From Octopus sinensis (taxonomy: Eukaryota), in assembly GCF_006345805.1 (NCBI RefSeq), contig NC_043010.1, forward strand, positions 46,934,001-46,998,000: 64,000 nt of DNA, written 5' to 3'. Numbering within the stretch: the first letter of the stretch is position 1; the number at the start of each line of letters is the position of its first letter. Below are positions 1 through 10,320 of the stretch, piece by piece. The position numbers and the translations under genes were made by a program. The notes below the pieces were generated by a model. That model had not been told where the DNA came from and searched no databases. It saw only the letters and a program-made list of their open reading frames with translations.

Positions 1-132
1 AGATGCGTGCTGAGTGAAGAAACCATTCTGCACGCACTCATTCAGTGTCTGGGCATTACTGGCTTGTGGGGTTATGTCGAACAGCTGCTGTCATATATCC
101 ATAGTGACGATTGCCCTGCCGCCCTCCTTTAA
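1..132 (+). mobile_element. L1/Tx1-type LINE zf-RVT fragment, cut by the window start
   Basis: Frame 1 reads RCVLSEETILHALIQCLGITGLWGYVEQLLS (C...ET..H...C...LW pattern). Homologous to the relic at 48100-49330. Confidence 0.65.
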
Positions 133-164
133 TATTATTATTATTAAGAAGAAGAAGAAGAAGA

Positions 165-560
165 AGAAGGCGTGCTAGCAGAATCGTTAGCACACCGGGC
201 GAAATGCTTAGCTGTATTTCGTCTGCCGTTATGTTCTGAGTTCAAATTCCGCCGAGGTCGACTTTGCTTTTCATCCTTTCGGGGTCGATAAATTAATTAC
301 CAGTTATGCACTAGGGTCGATGTAATCGACTGTACCCATCCCCCAAATTTCAGGCCTCGTGCCTATTGTTGAAAGGATTATTATTATTAATAAGGCGGCG
401 AGCTTAGCGACATTTCATCCGTCTTTATGTTCTGAGTTCAAATTCCGCCGAGGTTGACCTTGCCTTTCATCCTTCCTAGGTCGATAAAATAAATACCGCT
501 TGTAATCGACTATCCCTCCCATTGCTGGCCTTGTGCCAAAATTTAAAATCATTATTATTA
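165..560 (+). mobile_element. Two tandem tRNA-headed SINEs with a Nin/Deu-like domain, separated by (ATT)n
   Basis: Each carries gagttcaaattccgccgaggt(c/t)gac...tttcatcctt...ggtcgataaa. Preceded by (ATT)n(AAG)n. Confidence 0.8.
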
Positions 561-2479
561 TTAGTAATAATAATATACACGCATATACACATACATATAA
601 AATACATGTGTGTGTGTGTGTGCAGATAGACATTAAATTATCGAGTAGACAGACGTTTGACAAGCCAGATAATTTATGAAACCTATAGAGTAAATATATC
701 AACTGTATCTTCAACAGAAAATTAGGAGAAAAAATGTGAGCAAATTATATTCTGTAAAGTTGCGGACGAGAAACAATACGGAAAAGGAAAACTACAATCA
801 GTCAGTGAAAACATTGATTGAAAACCTTGCTGAAGATTACGCTTAACGTGAAATTGCATGCCAATACTGTTTTTTTTTTTTTCATCGACGCAAAATCACT
901 TTCGTATTAAAAATCGATCGTTAGTTGATCGATCGTTCTTGGAAAGCAAAAGGGTTTGGTCGTAAATACTAAAAACAAGCACACATCCTGAAAAGTGAAC
1001 TTTCATTACTATTCAGTTACTGCAAAACCGTGCTAGTGTGTTTGTTTCTCTAACCAAATCTTTATCGGATTTTGGTATTCGATATTTGTGGAGAGATGCT
1101 TTATAGATTTCTCAGCACCTCCTTATTAACTTGCCGTCTCTTGTCCTTTTATAAATGCCGGGGTGACGGTCTTATATATTACATCAGTTCTTAAAAATCA
1201 AGAGATGGATAAAAATATCTACAATAGGTCAGCATTCTCGTTCAATGGAGATTACTGTCTCATACTAGAAAAATTGTTATTGAACTCTCCTTGTGCATCA
1301 CCTAATGTTCGTGAAAAAACAATCCTTTATTCCAACTATCAAAATAGCGCTGCTAAATAAATTAATAAAGAAATTGACAAAATCTTATCAAGCTAGTGAA
1401 AATAATATTTAATGATCTTCATTTCTATTTCATGCTTGTTTCATGCTCTGTCATCATTCGATTTGAATTCTAGTTTTCATTTTGTGTGTAAAAACAAATG
1501 CATTCATTGTGTGTACTCGTGTTCATTATGTAATAGCTTTAGCATTTCTCTTAGAAAGTATTCATTAAAATATAGCATACACATTAATTTCTTCTGGCGG
1601 GACGCAAGAGTCTTTGTAAGAATGATATGGTTGAACAATTCAGCTGCAGTTGGATATTTATTTCAGGATTTTAACTCGGAAATGTTAATGTAGCTAAATA
1701 TATAGTATGAAAATAGTTCGTCTGGTTATTTAATTAATCATTTGCGCCACTTCACTTAATCTAATAATAATTGTCCTTGTTGCATGGCAAATAGTACTGA
1801 AGTGACTGACTGGAGACTAGGGGGTTATCCAGACTGTCTGGACTGTTGCTATGTAGGAGTGTAGTAGAAGTTAAGGCAGGTTTCATTCATTTTGCAACCT
1901 GATTTTTATATATAAGATCAAAAGCTTGTTCGTGCATTTCATATTTCCGTGGGCCAGACGGAATAGTATTTCTATTAAGAATTGTGTCGTGTACTGAAGC
2001 ATTGTGATGTTGACATGTTTGTATGTAGGTGGACAATGTTGTCAGTCAAAATTCCAGTAAATTGCAGCTGCAATTTATATGAAATCAGAGATAGACAGTT
2101 ACACCAGCAATTTTCCGGTATCCATGGTTCCAGACTTGTGCCAGATTATCCGATTTTTGGTGGATTAGCGGAAGACAAAATAATCCGGAATAAAATACTA
2201 GTAGACTGTTGCCAGGTTAAAACTTTCTTTTTCATCAATGAACCTTCACGGCACCCGTTTCTTTATTCACTAGAAAAATATTATAAAGGTGGAAATATGC
2301 TTCCAGTCCTTCAGCTGTAATAATGTGAAGGCGCAACTATTTAAAGCAAAGTCTAATGCCGTGCACTAACTTCCTAACCACCGGGACCCTATCTGGAAAC
2401 ATAACTGAAGGGCATTACCTTTTCCATATTTAATAACGAACCATGTAATTCACACTCTGGAAAATGTATTTCTGTAAAA

Positions 2480-3250
2480 TTTTGGGAGTGGGTAAAATTT
2501 CTGAGGGTTCCATTCCACCCCACCCCGTTTTCCGGGCCCAGAGAAAGGGTCACCGGAATTCATTCAATGAAAAAAAAAATTCCAATGCATAGGCGCAGGA
2601 GTGGCTGTGTATTAAGTAGCTTGCTTACCAACTACGTGGTTTCGGGTTCAGTCCCACCGCGTGGCACCTTGGGCAAGTGTCTTCTATAGCCTAGGGCTTA
2701 TGAGTGGATTTGGTAGACGGAAACTGAAAGAAGCCTGTCGTATATATATCTATATATATGTATATGTTTGTGTACCGATGCTGGTGTGTTTACGTCCCCG
2801 TAACTTAGCGGCTCGGCAAAAGAAACCGATAGAATAAGTACTAGGCTTATAAAGAATAAGTCCTGGGGTCGATTTGTTCGACTAAAGGCGATAATCCCCC
2901 TTTTTTCTTTTCGAACAAAAATAAGGGGTTTGCAGCATATTAGGCAGTCATATTACTTGATTCCACGCCAAAAATCCGATTTTTTTTTCTTAGCGAAAAT
3001 TGTGCGGGTGTGCTTCCCAATGGGGGTGGAGGGGTGAAATTTCCAAGGCTTCACCCCACCCAAGAGGTCACCGAAATTATTCAGCGAAAAAAAATTTTCC
3101 AATGATTCCGGAATGGAGTGGGGTGGTTTCCCCCTATTTTTGTTGAACAAAAATAAGGGGTTTGTAGCATATTAGTAGGTCAGGGTACTTGCTACTACGC
3201 AAAACATCCGAGTGTTTTTTTCTTTCTTAGTGGAAATCGTGCGGGTGAAA
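2480..3250. repeat. Diverged ~235-bp tandem repeat (~2.5 units) with an internal palindrome, interrupted by the 2592-2890 SINE
   Basis: 2895-3010 resembles 3130-3247, and 2480-2586 resembles 3015-3102. Confidence 0.6.
2592..2890 (+). mobile_element. tRNA-derived SINE with internal (TA)n, CpG-intact copy
   Basis: Head ggcgcaggagtggctgtgt...ggttcagtccc. Same family at ~12560-12887(-), 13298-13580(+), 25540-25685(-), 39850-40215(+) and 40900-41065(-). Confidence 0.8.
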
Positions 3251-4069
3251 GTATCAAATAATACCCAAAGGTGTGTAGCGAAAAAGTTGTTAGTAATAGT
3301 CACGAGAAATTTAAGCGTCCTCACGTAGTTGTGTCCGGATTAATAGACGTATTGGATCACCAGTTGCCGGGAAATCGGTGGTGTATCTGTATAAGCATAA
3401 ATCACTACGTGTGAGAGGGTCGGAATACCAAGTGTTGAATAGAACTCGTTGATATTTATCGGCTACGTTTCATGCTCCGACAGCAGAAATGAAGTGATCA
3501 ACAATGGTTTTCGTCTGTGTTGCGAAGGCAGTCAGTCAGTAGCAAACAGAAGTTTAAGAGGTGCTTTAATATCTGGTACTCTCGGCGTTTGTGGCAGAGC
3601 CAGAATATCAAACTTGCTAAATTCTGAATTGAATGTTTCGTACGTATGTAGTGATATTCCCGGTCCTATGCGCAGCTTTTAGAAACTTGAACATAGAGGG
3701 TTTGAGAATATTTATATATACTGCTTGTTTGGTAAGCTCACCTCATGCAAAAGCTATCTCAAATAGGTGATCGAAGTCCTCTATTTCATTCAATATGCCC
3801 AACGCGTATCTTAATAAGCCTTACTCTGTTATAAAAACTAAAATAAGCCTTATTCTGTTATAAAAACTAAGTGGTGAATGTGTTTGTGACCGCCCCTACT
3901 GCTTTTGAAATTTCATGTTATACGTAGGCTCAACAGCGAAAACATTTTTAGAACCAAAAATCAAATTATTTGAAGAAAAATATTCACATTTGTCATCCAT
4001 GACACGTATTTTCTACTCTAGGCACAAGGCACGAAAGTTTTTTTTTGGGGGGGGGGCAGTCGATTAGCA

Positions 4070-4770
4070 CGGCCCCAGTACTCAACTGGTACTTATTTTA
4101 TCGACCCCGAAAGGATGAAAGGTAAAGTCGACCTCGGCAGAATTTGAATTCAGAACGTAACGGCAGACGAAATACTTATTTCTTTATTACCCACAAGGGG
4201 CTAAACACAGAAGGTACAAACAAGGACAGACAAACGGATTAAGTCGATTATATCGACCTCAGTATGTAACTGGTACTTATTTAATCGACCCCGAAAGTAT
4301 AAAAGGTAAAGTCGACCTCGGCAGAATTTGAATTCAGAACGTAACGGCAGACGAAATACTTATTTCTTTATTACCCACAAGGAGCTAAACACAGAGAGGC
4401 CAAACAAACGGATTAAGTCGATTATATCGACCCCAGTGCATAACTGGTACTTATTTAATCGACCCCGAAAGGATGAAGGACAAAGTCGACCTCGGCAGAA
4501 TTTGAACTCAGAACGTAACGGCAGACGAAATACCTATTTCTGTACTACCCACAAGGGGCTAAACACAGAGAGGACAAACAAAGACAGACAAACGGATTAA
4601 GTCAATGATATCGACCCCAGTGCATAACTGGTACTTATTTCATCGACCCCGAAAGGATGAAAGGCAAAGTCGACCTCGGTGGAATTTGAACTCAGAACGT
4701 AACGGCAGACGAAATATCCGCTAAGCATATCGCCCGGCGTGCTAACGTTTCTGCCAGCTCGCCGCCTTAT
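4070..4770 (-). repeat. Head-to-tail array of four Nin-like SINE units
   Basis: The anchor cggcagacgaaata recurs with spacings of 184, 174 and 184 bp. Only the rightmost unit has the tRNA-like head. Confidence 0.9.
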
Positions 4771-5446
4771 CCATGACACGTATTGGTATTAAATCAAGAA
4801 ACCAACATATATAAACATTCTCCGTTAAATATATGGCTGTGTATGTATGTGTACACACACATATCTTTTACATATTTCAGTCTTGCACTGCGGCCATGCT
4901 GGAACACAGCCTTGAAGGGTTTAGTCGAACACATCGACTCCAGTACCTTTTTTCAAAGCCTGGTACTTATTCTGTCGGTTACTTTTTATCGAACCGTTAA
5001 GTTACGGGGATGTCAACAAATCAACACTGGCTATAATAGAAGACACTTGCCCAAGATATTCCTGTTTCGCCTACTGGCTCCTTCAACCATTAGTTGAACA
5101 AACCAATATGCATAACTTGAAGTCCCAGATCCTCGCAATAAATTTAACTCAACCCTCATTTAAGAATCACACCGTAAGTTCAGTTGCTGATCTTAAAAGC
5201 GTTTTTAAATAACTATTTTAACATATTTGCGACACGCGCATGCATGCGTGCATACATACATACGTACGTACATACATACATACGTACGTACGTGCGTGCG
5301 TGCGTGCTCAAAATGTTAAGAGGTTCGTCTTCATCATAGCTTTGGATCGAACCGAGCCTTGTAAATGACAGGTAAAAATTGTGCGGAACCTACCAGATAG
5401 ATTGCACATGCAATTGAAGCGTCCAGCTTTATCATACACTGTGTCA

Positions 5447-5817
5447 GTGGAGGCGCAATGGCCCAGTGGTTAGGGCAGCGGACTCGCAGTCATAGGATCG
5501 CGGTTTCGATTCCCAGACCGGGCGTTGTGAGTGTTTATTGAGCGAAAACACCTAAAGCTCCACGAGGCTCCGGCAGGGGATGGTGGTGATCCCTACTGTA
5601 CTCTTTCACCACAACTTTCTCTCACTCTTACTTCCTGTTTCTGTTGTAGGGCCGGCCTTGTCACTCTCTGTGTCACGCTGAAAATCCCCAAGAACTACGT
5701 TAAGGGTACACGTGTCTGTGGAGTGCTCAGCCACTTACACGTTAATTTCACGAGCAGGCTGTTCCGTTGATTCAGATCAACCGGAACCCTCGTCGTCGTA
5801 ACCGACGGAGTGCTTCC
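5447..5817 (+). mobile_element. Full-length young tRNA-derived SINE with 11-bp TSD
   Basis: A-box TGGCCCAGTGG, B-box-like GGTTTCGATTCC, and TSD ACACTGTGTCA at 5436-46 and 5818-28. Confidence 0.9.
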
Positions 5818-7773
5818 ACACTGTGTCAAGCTGGTTCTGCTTAAAGATTACATTGAGTTACAACGTGTCTGTGGAATAATACTCAGTCACTTTGAATCTA
5901 ATTCAGTGAGCACGTAGTTAAGCGACGGAGATCCTTTTTTACATTTCACACAACACTGTCTCGGTCCTCAGTTTCTTAACCCGACGTAGCATCGTGAATG
6001 TGACAGCTAGTGATTGGAAAGATGTACCAGCACCTGGTTGGAACTCATTTTCAGCTGTGTGTGTGTGTGTGTGTATAGCCGCAGAAATCCTTTAATATTC
6101 GGTTTGGGTTGCCTTGAATGTGGAGGGATACAATGAAGAATTCCAAAACCTTAAGCGAGGTTAATTTGCCACTGCCTATTTTGGTATTTATTTTCCCCCC
6201 ATTTTTGAAAAAAATGTCTTTATATAGTCTGTTATTACACCTTATAAATATCGGTGACCTTACAAAACTTATTTTGCCGTATCACAAGACTCATTTATTA
6301 TGTAGAAGAATGGAATATAACCGACAGCAATGTTACTGGCACTTATACCATTAGCCATAGTGAAGATTTGAACTCAGAAAGTAAAGCATCAAACAACCTC
6401 CTTATGTAATACATCTTTAGTCCTCATATCCTAATACGTATTATTTCATGGGCCGATTATTGATACCGATGCGTTTTTGTCAAAATTAGAAGTTATGGGG
6501 ATGACATTAAACTGCATCCAGTAATGGGATCCTGGTTCGGGAGTTGCAGGGTTTTGAGGTGTGTGGAGCCACCTATAAGCCACAATTGTTCACAGGTCTA
6601 TTCTGACCCAGAGTAGTAGCATCTGCCAGAGTCCTGGCTGTGGGTTAAATATAACACGTAAACTACCAGGTGGTTGTTCTCTATTTCGGCAAACGAACTT
6701 ATTGTGGTCAATGGCGAATATTATTTACATTACTAAGTGGATGAACAGGCTACAAACTGTCAACAGTCGGGATCAACCATTTCATTTAGCGAACTACGGC
6801 TTGCATGTATAGTCGTGTCATGTTTCTGCTAGCGAAAGACCAGTGTGTCTAAAACCGAAGTTAGATAGGCAGACATTCATATGCCTCATGGCTCGATCGA
6901 GACATTTGGCATGGAAGAGTTAACATTGGTCCGGGCAAGTTGCTCGACCTGGATGGATGAGACACATATTTGGACTAGGTTGCAAAGCTAACCTTTGTAA
7001 GAGAGAGAGGGAGAGAGTTGGTCGTTTAATTTACTCTAGTATATTATTAGTGTATGTGCTTGTTTTCTTGATCCTTGACTTAGCAGGATTTGAACTGAAG
7101 TACGGGACTTCACTGTTTCAACTACACTTACCGCCGCCCTCCAACATTAAGTCTTGGAGGTGTGATGTCTAACATTATCACAAGGCCAGAGATGGTAATG
7201 GTAGAGAAGGATTGCTTAAAGTCGCTTCAATCGATTCTCAGTAAAACTATTTATTTGCTACAGGGGAATTAAAAGCCAGTCATGTCCTGAATGATTTGAA
7301 TTCAGAACGTAATGGGTCGAAACTAAATACTACAAGGTATTTTAGCCGAGCGCTCGGCCATGTCTACCCTTTTGACTCGTCCATGTGAAGATCAGAAATG
7401 CATATTAAAAATATCTTATTTGATGAAAACAATCTATTGTCTTAATATATTATTTTTTTCACCATTGAGGCGATTGCACGAATGTTTTTTTTCGGCATAA
7501 TGTTTTCTCAAACAGATACAGTCCCGAGAGAGAGGCGCGGGTAAATAAGCTAGCAAGACGGTCATGGTTTTCTCAAGGGCATTAGCGATGTAATTAAAGT
7601 GGAAAGCTGGACACGAACTTGTTTCTACTATGCAATCGTGATTAGTACTAAACAGTTTATTTTCCTTTGTTTTTCACTGTTCTGTACACGAAAAAATATA
7701 AACTCCACACTTCTATTTATGAACGTAAAGATTATCATCTGTTATAAATCTATTTGAAATCTTTCTTTTAAGC

Positions 7774-7786
7774 GGCCAATCAGCTG
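7774..7786 (+). promoter_or_regulatory. CCAAT (NF-Y) box with overlapping CAGCTG E-box, upstream of the HTH ORF
   Basis: GGCCAATCAGCTG matches the RRCCAATCAG consensus, about 140 bp before ATG 7920. Confidence 0.45.
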
Positions 7787-7919
7787 AGAGATCGATATTG
7801 TGTTTAACGCATACACAGTAGAGACACAAACATAAACACACGTATATTTAATATACGTCTGCGTGTGTGTATGTTTGTATGTATGTACATATATATATAT
7901 ATTTGTTTATTTATTCAAC

Positions 7920-8282
7920 ATGGCTGACGATAAACGAAAAAGCTATCCGTTGATGTTTAAAAACAGTGTCCTTAAAATGCTTCGCGAAAACAATGGAAAC
8001 GTAGCTAAAACTGCTAGGGAATGTGGTGTACATAGGAAAAATATTCGGCGCTGGAAGTCTCAAGAAGCTTTGATTTCGGACACGGTTCAAAATCGTAAGA
8101 TGAATGCCGGATTTCGACGAAGGATACGGGATCGAAATTTAGTTCTTCTGGTATATATTTTCTTTCTTTCCTTTTTAAACATTCATCTTTACTTCCAGAC
8201 AAAAAGAAAAATCTACATATATAGAGAGAGTAATAATGATTATTATTGTTACTATAATGATGATGACACGAGTAATTTATAA
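7920..8282 (+). CDS. Stand-alone Brinker-type / pogo-family N-terminal helix-turn-helix ORF
   Basis: caacATGG start. MADDKRKSYPLMFKNSVLKMLRENNGNVAKTARECGVHRKNIRRWKSQE matches the recalled BrkDBD pattern (FK..VL...GN...TAR...HR..I..W..E). There are no stops to 8282. A possible 48-nt in-frame intron spans 8151-8198. No second HTH or DDE domain follows. Confidence 0.6.
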   Translation: MADDKRKSYPLMFKNSVLKMLRENNGNVAKTARECGVHRKNIRRWKSQEALISDTVQNRKMNAGFRRRIRDRNLVLLVYIFFLSFLNIHLYFQTKRKIYIYRESNNDYYCYYNDDDTSNL

Positions 8283-9999
8283 TGGAATATAATAATTTCT
8301 TTATAATTAACCGGTAAGGTAGGTGCGTGTACTTATAAACCACGGCGTTTTTCATATTACGAACGTCAAAAGTAAACATTAATAGACTCATGTGCTTATC
8401 TGATACATGTGTTTGTGTATGTTGTCTTCTTAGTTTACATGTACTTTCGTTTTAACAACACACCCACTCAATTTAAAAATTTATATGATTTATATATAAA
8501 TTAATTTTAAAATTAATATATATATATATATATTAGGAGGGGTCTGCGAAGGTCATGGGGCAAAACGGCAACTTCTTCCAGACCAAACTAGAAAAATAAA
8601 CAAATTAATTAAAAGAAAAGCTGATTAAAAAAATATGACTAATTTGATTTCTCAATTTTATTTAGTAACAAAACCGAATATGTTTTATCGATTAAAATTA
8701 CAGAATATTTATAGTGTAGCAATAATACGAATTATCTAAAAATTTGTCCTTATCGGAAAATCGAAAAGTAAACAGCTTATCAGACCTTTATTTGTTTTTT
8801 TTTTCTTTTTTCATTGATTTCCACGACTACCCTCATTTCGTCTGCTTTTGAGTCCACATCGGTTCGCTTAGTTAAACATGAACACTGGGTGATTAAATAA
8901 TGGTGATAAACGTTTGTATTTGCGGGCAAACAATTTTGACCGGGTTTATAAACTTTTTTTTTTCTGGTTTTTCCTTTCATTTAGTTAATATATTTAAATG
9001 GAAGTACGGATATCTTTGTAATGAAGAAAGCTGCTTTGTATTTTAAATGTAATTTATGTTTGTGTGGATATATTTATGTATATATAACATATACACGTGC
9101 GAATTCACGTACAGTGTGTTTATGTGCATACGTTCCTGATGGAAGTATTTGTATATATGTACAAATGTAAAGATTTCATATAGCCAACCTTGTACTGGGA
9201 CGGCTATAGTCGGCAGTGGTTGCGTGTCCATATGAGAGGCATGTGCTTAGATATATATATATATATATATATACACATAGTGTTTCGATGGTATATGAAA
9301 TAAACACTGGATTCCGATGCCTTGTTGTAAAGCAGTTTCGGAGCTAATGCTCTTAAAAACATGTACATGTTCTCTTCCTATATAAAACCGCTTACATTTT
9401 CTGTCGGTAGTCAAAATTATTTTAAAGCAGATATCCGATCCAATTATGAACATTATTGAATGGATTTTTCTGAATAACAACAAACTCTTTGGAACTTAGA
9501 TATGTTTTCTCCAAGTACTGCCTTCCTTCACGAGGACAGTGGAGTCATCTTTACATGTAGCATGCTAAATCCAGCCAGTGAGGAAGGCCCTATGCAGTCG
9601 CCCAAACTGCTAGAAATAGCAACCATATCGCCCCCAAATCACACCGTAACACACACAAAAAAAAAAGGAATAATATGATCCTGTGTGCACTCTGTCTGAA
9701 AACTATGTTGGATAATTACGGCTGGAATGATTTTAATTATAAATCTTACCTGCTTCATCAGGGCTGATTTGAAGCTAAACATTTGCTAATCAGACTGTGC
9801 TATTATAGATTTATTAGATTTAGCATGTCTTGGTTCCCGACTGAATGACTCTTACCCGAGATTTGTTAGGGCATCGAAAACTTTTTTTATACTTGCACTA
9901 AACAATGATAACACCAACAATTCCTGTAACAGGGATTTGCATAGATCTATTACTAGAAATACATGAAACTTCAGACGCAGGTTTCTTCTCCCAGTCAAA

Positions 10000-10320
10000 A
10001 CCATCCCTATACACGCGCGCTCGTGTATATATATCCCTAACAACACCGCTGCTTTAAAAATACGCACACACAAGTTTGGTAGAACAAGCAGGAGAAATAG
10101 AACTCAATACTTGAAAATATGTACATTTTAATTATCATTAAACTACAAGACTTTGAGTCACTTTTGTAACTTTCTGCTAGTTAAAAATAAGAGTGTATAT
10201 AAAAAAGAAAGTGCGCGCGTGATGCTGTTGTTCGTCGAGTGCACAAGGCTCAAAAAGCCCTCTGCATTCTTCCATGTCACCTGGTATATAAGAAATTGGC
10301 TAAAATACTTAGGTACTTGC
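10000..10320. promoter_or_regulatory. Probable FH promoter / first-exon region, possibly bidirectional
   Basis: This is the last CpG-rich segment before the CpG-poor gene body. Mirror-image GCGCGCGTG motifs lie at 10012-20 (-) and 10213-21 (+), each followed by an ATG. Donor-like sites occur at 10283/4 and 10312/3 (+) and 9856/5 (-). Confidence 0.4.

Noticed and set aside
3813-3870. 29-bp tandem duplication
   Set aside because: Real, but an ordinary slippage-type duplication with no further context.
4070-4770. CRISPR-like look of regularly spaced repeats (also 19800-20010)
   Set aside because: Whole units repeat with no unique spacers, there are no cas genes, and the context is eukaryotic with spliceosomal introns.
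5449-5525. tRNA gene (also 16495, 20850, 21318, 43220, 54052, 60998)
   Set aside because: A/B boxes are present, but each continues into a SINE body, several have TSDs, and no complete cloverleaf is evident.
6500-7010. Possible ribozyme or RTE-type LINE relic
   Set aside because: Only faint RT C-terminal resemblance and no definable HDV or hammerhead fold, so it is too weak to call.
8780-8980. 66-aa Lys-rich minus-strand ORF
   Set aside because: The lysine runs come from poly-T tracts, and there are no splice or homology cues.
9852-10073. 73-aa minus-strand ORF as a protein-coding gene
   Set aside because: No recognisable domain and no downstream coding exons. Kept only as a possible non-coding antisense exon.
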